Below are positions 49,536 to 58,823 of a DNA stretch of 64,000 bases, one piece after another. The number at the start of each line of letters is the position of its first letter. Positions within the stretch are counted from its first letter, which is position 1. This stretch comes from Candidatus Zhuqueibacterota bacterium (GTDB lineage: Bacteria > Zhuqueibacterota > Zhuqueibacteria > Thermofontimicrobiales > Thermofontimicrobiaceae). The stretch is from NCBI GenBank assembly GCA_049322915.1, contig JBMOPW010000045.1:116203-180202 (forward strand), given 5' to 3'. The position numbers were made by a program, and so were the translations under genes. Below the pieces are notes generated by a model. It ran no database searches and was not told the DNA's origin. It saw only the letters and a program-made list of their open reading frames with translations.

Positions 49536-51911
49536 TCAAACCGGTCGCCTGACCTTTAATATAATGAACGTCACATCATCGTGCTGCGGACGGCCGTTCG
49601 CCCAGGCCTCGCCAGCCTGGGAAAGGTGCTCAATTATCTCCTGGGGTGATTTATTGCCTGCTTCCCGGATGATCTCTTTGACATGGGAATATTCCATGGT
49701 CTCCATTTTATCATTGAACATTTCGAGAAAACCATCGCTCATCAGTACTATTGTATCGCCGGGCGACAGATTTACTTTTTTTTCCTGGTAAGGATATTGT
49801 AGAAAACATCCCAGCGGTATTCCTTTCAGTTCAATATCTTCGACCTTTTTTTCCGCGGCCCGGTAAATCAATGGCGATGGCATACCAGCAGATGACGCCA
49901 CCATCGCTTGATCCTTGATTTTTATAAGCATCATTGCCATGTACAACGCACCAAGATTCAATCTCTTTATACTCCTGGTATATTTCTCAAACACATCGAC
50001 GATTCGTGGCGTGATGGCAAACTCGTGGAATAAACTCTTGGCAATGGTTACCATTATTCCTGCCTTTGCACCATGCCCGGTTGCGTCGCCAATCGCTATG
50101 GTCAATGTGCCATCTTCAGGCGGCTGGACATCGAAGTCGTAATAATCGCCGCCGACTTCGGATGCGGTTTTCATGTACACAGCAATGTCAATATGCGGGA
50201 GAGTCGGCACTACTTTTGGCAGCATTGAAAGTTGGAGCTGACGAGCTTCTTCAAGCTCTTGAGTCTTGCGGGAATTATCAGCTTCCAATAAACAACGTGC
50301 GATTTCTTCCTCTCTGGCATGTCGTTCCTGAGATAGCGCTTTTTCTGAAAGGTCCTTCACCTGAACAATCTGCCGTTCCAGATCTGTATTTATCCAGGCA
50401 AATCGACGCGAGAGATAGATCGACATTGAAATGCTCATCGCGATCACGCCGTAGATATACGTCGAGGTGAAGCCACCTTTCGGTTCAATGAGTTTGTAGC
50501 TTATCGAGAGATCATAGAAAACTAACAGCGCGAGGATGGAAATTCCGATCCCAAAAATCCAGAGGCTGTTGCGATCCTTTTTTAGCAGTTCATTATTGGA
50601 CTTTCTTGGTAGGTAGCTTGCAATTATTTCAACGAGGGCTATTACTTTAAAGACATCTGTCAAATGAAAGGCTGCCTCGTTCCACCGGAACAAACCCCAA
50701 ATCGATAATATTATCCCGATAATTATGTATAGCCATGTTCTTGCCGGGGATTTTTTATATCGCAATTCAAAGGCGGTGAGGAGTCCGAAGAGAATAGTTA
50801 GATTCACGACAGGCGCCTGAATGAGGGACCACAAAACGATGGAATCGGCGTTTGTCGGATTCCGAAAAAAACCGAGAACCGCGAAGCCAATCATGCAGGC
50901 TGCATAATACAGGTTTTCCTTGAAGCGGGTGTAGAAAACAAATAGCAATAGGTGCAATAACGCCAGCGCGGTGGGAATGACAGTGAGGATCATCCTTGAA
51001 ACAGTGTCTTTCTTAAGAGATTTCGATCGCCATGCAATAGCCTGGCTCAAGTCGCTCACGGTCATTGAAAAACCGATATCGCTGCTCTGTAAAAATTGGC
51101 CGACTGAAAAACTCGAGTAGCGCACTGCAAACACATGCGTCGGCTGGGGGCTGAAAATCAGAACCTGGGGATTGTTGTCCTCGGACCGTCGTTCTTCGTC
51201 CTGCGAACGACCGACCACCCCAATGGCGTATTCCAATTGTCCGTCGACGAAAACTTCCGCAGCGCCCCTCTGCCGAATCAGCAGTGCTATGGATTTGTTC
51301 CAAAAGACAGAATCGACCCTTACATGCAGACGAAACCAACCGATCCCCTGCCATCCATTTTTAGGTGGCCGATCGAATCGAATCCCTGGTCCGTATAATT
51401 CCCAACCACTATCATCCAGTGCCGTGTCTGCCCACGACGGGTTATCGCCGGGGTGGAATTTCCAATTTGAAGTCAGGTGAACAAGTCCAACCCGGCCAGA
51501 AGTATCGGCCCGCAAAATCGTGACCGCTCCAATTTCATCCCTCCATTGAGAAACCGGGACAATAATTGTCGTATCGCGTTCAACATCAAGGTGGCAATTT
51601 GCCAGATCATTTCCATCTCTATCGACGGCCGCTGTTTGCCATGAGCCCCGAGTGATTTTGTACTCAATATGCGCTCCAGCCGCGAGTATCAATGTCTGTG
51701 TCCAACTACCATCTGCTTGCCGATCAAGCGGTATACCCGGCGGATCCCAATTGCCCAATTCAGCAGGATCACCTGATACATAGATTTGTGAATTTGCCGG
51801 CAGAGATTTTGGAATGACACGAATCTGTACCTTTTTTGTCTCGTCTTTCAGATGAGGTGCACACCCATAAAACAAGACGAGTAATATGAGCAGGAAATAA
51901 ATCTTGTTCAT
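49536..51911 (-). CDS. Membrane sensor with a CBM20-like domain, a beta-sandwich domain, multiple TM helices and a SpoIIE/PP2C (RsbU-like) phosphatase
   Basis: IYVSGDPAELGNWDP...IEYKITRGSW (CBM20-like); WKFHPGDNPSWA...GIGWFRL; 6-7 TMs; VGGDYYD, IGDATGHG, MSDG and QHDDVT. Confidence 0.88.
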   Translation of the reverse strand: MNKIYFLLILLVLFYGCAPHLKDETKKVQIRVIPKSLPANSQIYVSGDPAELGNWDPPGIPLDRQADGSWTQTLILAAGAHIEYKITRGSWQTAAVDRDGNDLANCHLDVERDTTIIVPVSQWRDEIGAVTILRADTSGRVGLVHLTSNWKFHPGDNPSWADTALDDSGWELYGPGIRFDRPPKNGWQGIGWFRLHVRVDSVFWNKSIALLIRQRGAAEVFVDGQLEYAIGVVGRSQDEERRSEDNNPQVLIFSPQPTHVFAVRYSSFSVGQFLQSSDIGFSMTVSDLSQAIAWRSKSLKKDTVSRMILTVIPTALALLHLLLFVFYTRFKENLYYAACMIGFAVLGFFRNPTNADSIVLWSLIQAPVVNLTILFGLLTAFELRYKKSPARTWLYIIIGIILSIWGLFRWNEAAFHLTDVFKVIALVEIIASYLPRKSNNELLKKDRNSLWIFGIGISILALLVFYDLSISYKLIEPKGGFTSTYIYGVIAMSISMSIYLSRRFAWINTDLERQIVQVKDLSEKALSQERHAREEEIARCLLEADNSRKTQELEEARQLQLSMLPKVVPTLPHIDIAVYMKTASEVGGDYYDFDVQPPEDGTLTIAIGDATGHGAKAGIMVTIAKSLFHEFAITPRIVDVFEKYTRSIKRLNLGALYMAMMLIKIKDQAMVASSAGMPSPLIYRAAEKKVEDIELKGIPLGCFLQYPYQEKKVNLSPGDTIVLMSDGFLEMFNDKMETMEYSHVKEIIREAGNKSPQEIIEHLSQAGEAWANGRPQHDDVTFIILKVRRPV

Positions 51912-52001
51912 AATTACCGATACAGAATTGTTGTTATTATCGGAGGCCACTTCGGAAGTGGTCAAATGGAATTCACTTTCGAAATGGCCTCCATCAATTT
52001 A

Positions 52002-52421
52002 TTATAACATCCGAATTACCAATGGGACAATAATTGCGGTGACTGCAATACTCAATATTACCACGGTGAAAGAAAAATACCTTTTGTTATAATTTGATAA
52101 CAGGCTCATATCGTAGTATTTATCCACGTTATTGTCTTTATACATGGAAATCAACCCCTGGAGCAATTTCCCCCGCGTATTCTTGCCGGTCGATAATGCG
52201 CGGATGGAAATTATGTTGACCACTAGAGTCATTAGCATAAAAACTGAAAGGATGAAATCATCGCTGGCTTTGGCATGCTCTGATACAGCGTTTCCAGCGA
52301 CAGCCGAGTTGATCGCCAATACGATCAGGTTGAATAATACAGCAGTGAGCACAAAAATGGTATCGGTGCGGGAGCTCTGCTGCAATTCGTCAATAATATG
52401 TTGATGGACTTTTTCAATCAT
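52002..52421 (-). CDS. Small hypothetical membrane protein (3 TM)
   Basis: 139-aa ORF with hydrophobic segments and a GAGG RBS. Confidence 0.75.
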   Translation of the reverse strand: MIEKVHQHIIDELQQSSRTDTIFVLTAVLFNLIVLAINSAVAGNAVSEHAKASDDFILSVFMLMTLVVNIISIRALSTGKNTRGKLLQGLISMYKDNNVDKYYDMSLLSNYNKRYFSFTVVILSIAVTAIIVPLVIRML

Positions 52422-52456
52422 ATTCGCCTCATTTCTTTTGAGTTGCGAGATAGCAT

Positions 52457-52999
52457 TTACATCATGGGATCGAGGGGCAGTTTGTCAAACGGGATTGGGT
52501 CCTGGCCTTTCATCTGCCCGATAATTTTGAGGGTCTGCTCGTCCGGCTTGAACAATTTGGCGATGGCCATGGTCACATCGACGGTCTCAACAGTGGCGTC
52601 GCAATAGGGCATTTCCCATTTGGAGACAATCATGACAACACCAGCCTCGCGTGCAATTTTGGGAAGCTCATGGGCAACGCGGGACATGATATTGGCTGTC
52701 CCTGCATTGGAGAAAACCTGTAAATGCATGCGAATCTGGGTCCATGGCCCTTCTTTTTCCATGACCTGAATCAGACTATCATTCTGCTCCGCTTTAGCCT
52801 TTTGATAATTTTTGTGAAATTCGCTCAGGACGAGCTGATAATCCGCCGAACGGAAATACGCCAGCGCGATGACGCGGGAATCAAACGTCCCTATTTTGGC
52901 GGTTGCCTCCGCTGCTTCGTTGACGCCTGCCGGGACTGGTTCAGAGACAAAAAGCAGGCAAACCAACAGGATGGTCATTAAAAAAATGGTCTTTTTCAT
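52457..52999 (-). CDS. Hypothetical exported protein
   Basis: Signal peptide and AAGGAG RBS. The layout (KIGTFD, a helical middle, DVTMAIAK) loosely recalls Skp/OmpH but is not confirmed. Confidence 0.72.
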   Translation of the reverse strand: MKKTIFLMTILLVCLLFVSEPVPAGVNEAAEATAKIGTFDSRVIALAYFRSADYQLVLSEFHKNYQKAKAEQNDSLIQVMEKEGPWTQIRMHLQVFSNAGTANIMSRVAHELPKIAREAGVVMIVSKWEMPYCDATVETVDVTMAIAKLFKPDEQTLKIIGQMKGQDPIPFDKLPLDPMM

Positions 53000-53241
53000 G
53001 GATAGCTCCTTTTTCAGAAGGTCTCATTTTTGGTTGAGGCTAATGCTGTTGAGTCGGCAGGCCGGGCCCCTTGCTGCGCGTTGAACCAGAATTGGCAGCG
53101 TCCCGGCGGAGTGCTTCTCTCAGAACGTCGTACAGTGCCGTTCGATGAAAAAGCAGCGCATTTTCAGCATTGCCTCAAACGTGAATTATGTAGTGAAATT
53201 AAATTGTGAAATTAAATTCCGCAGCATAAGCCCGAGCCCCA

Positions 53242-53445
53242 TTAATCTGCATCATTCAGTGAGAAAATCTCTTCCACATTAACTCCAAAAACTTTGGCCA
53301 TTTTCAGCGCCAGTTTCACGGAAGGATTGAAGACGCCTTTTTCAATGGCAATGATCGTCTGACGAGTGACGCCGACCTTATCGGCTAACTCTTGCTGCGT
53401 CATTTCCTGATGCATGAAGCGAAAATATCGAATTTTATTTTCCAT
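53242..53445 (-). CDS. XRE/Cro-CI family HTH transcriptional regulator
   Basis: MTQQELADKVGVTRQTIIAIEKGVFNPSVKLALKMA; start at ATG 53445. Confidence 0.93.
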   Translation of the reverse strand: MENKIRYFRFMHQEMTQQELADKVGVTRQTIIAIEKGVFNPSVKLALKMAKVFGVNVEEIFSLNDAD

Positions 53446-53493
53446 AGTCTTTTCGATCGAAACAGGAAAAGGAAGGTACCTTATTGTGTACAT

Positions 53494-53522
53494 AATGTAA
53501 ATAAAAGATGACATAAAGTCAA
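53494..53522 (-). promoter_or_regulatory. Sigma70 promoter of the XRE gene with an overlapping imperfect palindrome
   Basis: TTGACT-17-TACATT; TGTCA-N8-TTACA overlaps it and is a candidate autoregulatory operator. Confidence 0.55.
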
Positions 53523-53711
53523 GTATTATTTTTTAAAATTTTGACCGTGTCCGGAATTTTGAAGTGGACCGGTGCTGATTTTTTCGGAAGAAAAAAAGCG
53601 TCTGCTCTGCGGGGCAAGCGCATCCTGCGGAAGACAGGGAAGAAGGAGATTCCGGAGAAGTCGAGCTGAACTCCACAGCGTCCTGCCGATGGAGTTCAGC
53701 TCACTTGGGAT

Positions 53712-56093
53712 CTATTTCACAAAGGCCAGTTTGATAATTTTAACCACCATCCCGTCGGTCATTCGGCAAAAATACAAACCAGTGGACGCATCCGAGGCGT
53801 TCCACTGCACGGCGTATGAACCGGCCGGCTGGCGTTCAGCCACCAGAGTCGCCACTTTTTGGCCCAGCATCGAGTAGATGCTCAGCTCGACAAATCGTGT
53901 TGCGGGAAGCTGATATCGGATAGTGGTAATGGGATTGAACGGATTGGGATAATTCTGGCGCAACTGAAATTCCGTCGGTGCCTGATTTTGGGCGCCAACA
54001 GATGTCGCGTCCGATTGAACCGACCAGACATGAACAATGAGTCGCCCATCCAATTCCGACATGAATTCCGCCACGTAAAGAATCCCATGCTGAAGATCAT
54101 TGGCTGCTGAAAATATCTCATGTTGTGGCCCGAAAAAAATTTGTTTGGGAATTCGGAAGGCGGAATATGGCTGGGGTTCGTCGCTTTGAATTTGACCGCT
54201 GGCAACTCCGGCAAGTTCGTCTGGATTATACAGGATAATCATGGGCTGCCGGTTGTGTGCGCGCCAGCCTTTGCCGACTGGATCGTCTGGCCAGGAATCA
54301 GGGTAAGGCACGTCAGCGATCACCCAATCGTGGCGCATCAGCTCTGAATTATAGCCGTACCAGTTATGTCCCAGCGCCTTGTTGCCGACGATGGCGACTG
54401 CCTGCTGATTATCAGCGGTCAGCCACAACGCCTCCCGCCAATCGTCCGAATGCTTGTACCCATCGATGGAACGCGGGAAGTGATAGTTGTCGGTTCCTTC
54501 CACAGGACCATATTCCAGAAGCGTTGTGAAAGGCAGCTCAGCCAGCGCCGCCGGGGGATTTGCGCCGACTTTCGCGAATGCGTACAGTGTGGGACCAAGA
54601 CCGCTCAGGCCGCCCTCGCGATAGCGGCCGACCAGCAGATTTCTGCCGGAGCAATTCGCATCGGCCCACTGCTGCGGTGTCGCGAAAAGCCAGTCGCCGA
54701 TCATCGCATCAATCGGCGGCTGATTGGAGTTCCCAATGTGCCACGCCCCATACTTTACGCTGCCGGCCAGGTTCGCGGCATCGCAGCAACTGATGGCGGC
54801 ATGTTTTTCTCCTGAGACGGTGAAATAAATGCTCCAACTGCTGTACAATCTGCGCTCTTCGGCGATGTACTCCAGCCCGGTGCGCCACACATCCACGTAG
54901 TCGCCCCAACCGTTCACGCTGGCCGGACGAATGTTGACCGGCGGAACCAATATCGTCGCCTCGTTCAAATCGGCCACATTTTTTTGAGGAGAAATTTTCG
55001 GCAGGGGAATGGCGATTTCACCGATCAGTCCGTTTTCAGGTTGATTGAGATTGCTCACAAAGAGCGAGCCGGGATAGCCATCGCTTGGACCGGAGGGGTC
55101 GCCGTCGCTGTTGTACGTTAACGCGTCGCCGCCCCAGTTGAATTGTTCCGGCAAAAGAAATGCGCCAGCGTATTCAAAACCGGCAGGGTTGATCAGATCG
55201 GCTTCGCCGGCATACGAGCGGGTGGACACAGTCACGGAATTGGACTGGCCCGATTCATTACCGGCAGCATCCAGCGCCGTGACAGTGAACGCGTACTCCT
55301 GCTTCGGTTCGAGAAAGACGCAGGTCAGTTGATTCGATTGGGAATAGCCTTCGACAGCGCCGTTCATGTATACCAGGTATTCAACCACGCCGACATTGTC
55401 CGAGGACGCATTCCAGTTCAATTGAATTTTTGAATCGGAAAGCACTGTCGCGCCAACACCCGTGGGCGGAGAGGGCGGAGCCACATCCGCGTCGTCCAGC
55501 AGTTCAATTTTTTCACAGATCAAATACTGCTTTTGATAGGTCGAGCCCCATTCAATAGCGAGATTGATGTTGACCAGCGAGTATGTTCCATCGCACTTGT
55601 GAACGCCGGCGTCGGTGATTTCGAATGCTGTTTTCGCCATGGCGTGCGGTTGAATTTCCGAGTAGGTGAATCGGTAATCGCTGTATCTTCGCATGGTGAA
55701 CCAGGTCCCATCCGGGGAGACTTCATTGGGCGCATCGTCATCGGTGAAACTCACCCGAGCCGTGAAGTGAAACGTTTCATCCGAGTTGTTGTGCCACGTG
55801 ACAACGATTCGCTCACCTACATTGAATTTCCGACTCACGCCGCGAACGCCGCGATAGTCGCCGTACTCGCCGTCGTCGCGGTTGGTGATCAACCCGTCAT
55901 TCCCCTGAGAGGTGAAAATCTGGTTGCTGCTTTTCAGGATGGAATTCCACCCGGCCAGTCCGAACGTGGTCGTCCCCTGTGAAGCGCCGAACCGCACCAG
56001 AGTTACAGACTGGGCGGCGGCAGGCCTGAAAAAAGCCGGACTCGCCGCGAACAGCACGATGAAAAAAAGAACTGCATGTGACCTGACATTCAT
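53712..56093 (-). CDS. Secreted protein with an FN3 domain and T9SS-like C-terminal domain
   Basis: Signal peptide; PPSPPTGV...WNASSDNVGVVEY...VTALDAAGNES (FN3); QLRQNYPNPFNPITTIRY; AGGAGG RBS. Confidence 0.87.
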   Translation of the reverse strand: MNVRSHAVLFFIVLFAASPAFFRPAAAQSVTLVRFGASQGTTTFGLAGWNSILKSSNQIFTSQGNDGLITNRDDGEYGDYRGVRGVSRKFNVGERIVVTWHNNSDETFHFTARVSFTDDDAPNEVSPDGTWFTMRRYSDYRFTYSEIQPHAMAKTAFEITDAGVHKCDGTYSLVNINLAIEWGSTYQKQYLICEKIELLDDADVAPPSPPTGVGATVLSDSKIQLNWNASSDNVGVVEYLVYMNGAVEGYSQSNQLTCVFLEPKQEYAFTVTALDAAGNESGQSNSVTVSTRSYAGEADLINPAGFEYAGAFLLPEQFNWGGDALTYNSDGDPSGPSDGYPGSLFVSNLNQPENGLIGEIAIPLPKISPQKNVADLNEATILVPPVNIRPASVNGWGDYVDVWRTGLEYIAEERRLYSSWSIYFTVSGEKHAAISCCDAANLAGSVKYGAWHIGNSNQPPIDAMIGDWLFATPQQWADANCSGRNLLVGRYREGGLSGLGPTLYAFAKVGANPPAALAELPFTTLLEYGPVEGTDNYHFPRSIDGYKHSDDWREALWLTADNQQAVAIVGNKALGHNWYGYNSELMRHDWVIADVPYPDSWPDDPVGKGWRAHNRQPMIILYNPDELAGVASGQIQSDEPQPYSAFRIPKQIFFGPQHEIFSAANDLQHGILYVAEFMSELDGRLIVHVWSVQSDATSVGAQNQAPTEFQLRQNYPNPFNPITTIRYQLPATRFVELSIYSMLGQKVATLVAERQPAGSYAVQWNASDASTGLYFCRMTDGMVVKIIKLAFVK

Positions 56094-56313
56094 TGACAGC
56101 GTCCTCCTGTTAAAATGAAATGATGATTTTGAGTGTCTTCATTATATATGAAGGTAGAAGCAACTGGTATCAGCGAATTTTTCAAAACAGGAAAATGTAA
56201 CATCTGAACATGAAAAGGCTGACTGCCTTTAAAGACGTTGTGAAACGACAGGTGACCAATTTACGGACACTATGCTGGCGATTCCGGATAACAAGCGGCT
56301 AAAAACTGTTCGC

Positions 56314-56342
56314 AATATAAAGAATTTTTGAAGGGTTGTCAA
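56314..56342 (-). promoter_or_regulatory. Sigma70 promoter for the FN3 protein gene
   Basis: TTGACA-17-TATATT on the minus strand. Confidence 0.6.
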
Positions 56343-56861
56343 TTACATTTTTGAGAATAGCAGTCCGCTGGACGGTCACGTCGGTGTGGGCCGTCAGTGA
56401 AGGCTTGATTGCAGCCGTATCATGACAGCCAAGTGGATCGCTCAGTCAAGCCATTAATTCTTTAGTGCGATATCTGTGAAACATAAAGATGACCCGCTGC
56501 CCACAATCCACAGCGCATTTCCTGATTTGTATCATTTCCAATTATAAATGAGACAGAATAAACGATCGCGGCTGAATCGGCGTCAGCTAATTCTGGCAGG
56601 GAATATGACTATGGGACAGGACAACACCGCTGTGTATCAAGTTCGTGTATCGGATACAAATGAGACATCAATGCTATTGACTGAGACAGTTATAAAATTC
56701 ATATCATTCATTAGAATAATATGTTAATAAGAGTTATCGAAAATTTAACGCCGTAGCTTTGTCTCGAATGTCTCATTAATCTGGGTATGTCTCCGACTCA
56801 GGTGTAATTTTTCAGTCGTGCAATATAAAGAGAATGCGATAAATATGAAGAAAAGAAAACA

Positions 56862-56878
56862 TTGGAATATTATTTGCT
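56862..56878 (+). promoter_or_regulatory. Candidate sigma54 (-24/-12) promoter
   Basis: TTGGAATATTATTTGCT has GG-N10-GC with TTGCT; repeated TGAGACA/TGTCTC motifs lie upstream. Confidence 0.5.
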
Positions 56879-57786
56879 ATGTTGAAACAAATTTGTTTGT
56901 GAGGGGTTGTATTTAATTTTTCGTTGAAATACTGAAGAGAACCGAAAGCAGACCCTGTGCCTCAGATCGTGAAGTGACCGTGTCGCGGCGCTGTCATTTC
57001 GGTCTATTGAAGCGGAGAAAGCGATGGTTTGGAATCGACATCATCAATCCAGGGTAGCAGTGCGGATTTGGCTGGAATCCATACAATTCAATGACAGAAT
57101 TCAATTCAAAATATGGAGGTGACCGGGTAAGTTAACACATCTCATTGCGCGGATAACATCGCAGTGTAAAATTTCAGCATGACGCTGGAGCGCATTGGAC
57201 AACCGGCCTGGAAGCGTATTTGACTCTCACGCCTATTTGTACGCCTTGTGAATGAATTAATTATCAGAAACGCCGATGAAATATTTTATCTGATGATTGA
57301 AAAATTGAGAAGCACTTTTTGTAGCAAATTTGCATCAATTCCGATGACAATATTTCCGCAATTTCTGGAGTTTGGTTCTATTAATATCTTGAACGTCCAA
57401 AAAAATATTACGATACCTGAAACCTCAGGCAATGAAGAACATCCAATAAGACTTCATTCTTCAACATCGGGAAGGTGGAGTTCGGACTATCGGATGATAT
57501 GGTAAGTAATTCAATTCAGAACATGCGGATTCGCGGAGTTGTAGTTCGCGGAAAGTACATCGGCTGAACCGGGTGCTTCGAACTCCCGGGATTGGAATTA
57601 ATACAGGGCAGCATTCATTTTTTGTTGTAGAGTTTTGTGAATAGATCGAATTCAGATAGGGCAATCAGAATTCTTTTTATTGCGGGCAAGAAGAGTGAAA
57701 AATACAGCTCTCTCGTTTCAGGTTGAAGAGTGACGAACGAGACGCCAGTATCATTAAAAATCTGGTTTTAAGAGTGGGGATTATAC

Positions 57787-58497
57787 ATGAATCTATCAGC
57801 ACAATCGATACCCGATGTGACAATCGAAGCTGTGGCGCGGAGTATTTTCAAAGAGACGTTTCACTACGGCTTCAAGCAGGTCGACTATTTACGGTTCGTC
57901 AACCTGCTGTTAGACATGTCCATGAAAAATGAAAGTGTCGATAATGAAGCAGCGGAATCACCGGTAATTGTACAAAATGGGGAACGACTCAATTTGCCAT
58001 TGAGCGGAGAACGCGTCAATATTCGCGCCTTCAATGAGCTTGACGATGTCGAACTGCTCAAACGGTGGGTCACTGACAAAGACGGTCGACATTTTCTTCT
58101 CTCCAGGATAACTGCAAAACAATCCAATATCGATGAGTTGATCAAAAGCGCCAATAATATCATTGGAATGATTACGCTGAAAGATCAAACCCCGATAGGA
58201 CTACTGGCCTTTTTGGACCATGACGAAATTCAGCGCAAAGCTGAGTTGAGAAAACTGATCGGCGAATCTGAATTCAGGGGGAAAGGATACGCAAAGGAAG
58301 CAACAGAACTCTGGATTCAATATGGGATTTCCTTTTTAAACCTGAAGAAAATCTACCTCAACACTCTGGATACGAACATCAGAAATATCAGGCTTAATGA
58401 GGAATTGGGTTTCAAAGTCGAAGGCATACTGCGGAATGAATGTTACTTCGATAGCGTTTACCATGACATTCTGAAAATGGGATTGTTGATCGATTGA
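57787..58497 (+). CDS. GNAT acetyltransferase (RimJ/RimL-type) with an extra N-terminal helical segment
   Basis: LIGESEFRGKGYAKEA, NLKKIYL and NIRLNEELGFKVEGILR. Confidence 0.88.
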   Translation: MNLSAQSIPDVTIEAVARSIFKETFHYGFKQVDYLRFVNLLLDMSMKNESVDNEAAESPVIVQNGERLNLPLSGERVNIRAFNELDDVELLKRWVTDKDGRHFLLSRITAKQSNIDELIKSANNIIGMITLKDQTPIGLLAFLDHDEIQRKAELRKLIGESEFRGKGYAKEATELWIQYGISFLNLKKIYLNTLDTNIRNIRLNEELGFKVEGILRNECYFDSVYHDILKMGLLID

Positions 58498-58823
58498 CCA
58501 ACTACGCCCAACAAGCGGTGCTGCATCGATTTTAATGAGGGGTGGTCGTCAGGGGGATTCTCGAATCGCTATTATTTTCAGTGAATTCGCGTCCGATATT
58601 ATTACTGTCGACAGGCCGGATTCCACTTTTTCGTATCTGCAAAAATCAGATACAATTCCCATTCGCACTATTGATAGCTGTTTTCTTCAACAGGGTGAAT
58701 CGTTCCGGTCACGCGTTGGCGCAGGCTCGATTCGCGGCTGTTGAAATTTTTGATTTCTAATATTCCCAATTGCTTGAAGCGCAAACGTATGATATCCATC
58801 AATCACAGGAAGACACCACTATT

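Noticed and set aside
46500..53520. Integron cassette array (run of co-oriented short genes)
   Set aside because: No integrase gene, and no repeated attC-type RYYYAAC...GTTRRRY sites were found between the genes.
56593..56610. Second sigma54-like motif CTGGCAGGGAATATGACT
   Set aside because: It has GA rather than the conserved GC at -12.
57248..57664. Small ORFs 57248-57505 (+) and 57461-57664 (-) in the long intergenic region
   Set aside because: No RBS or recognisable motif; these lengths are expected by chance.
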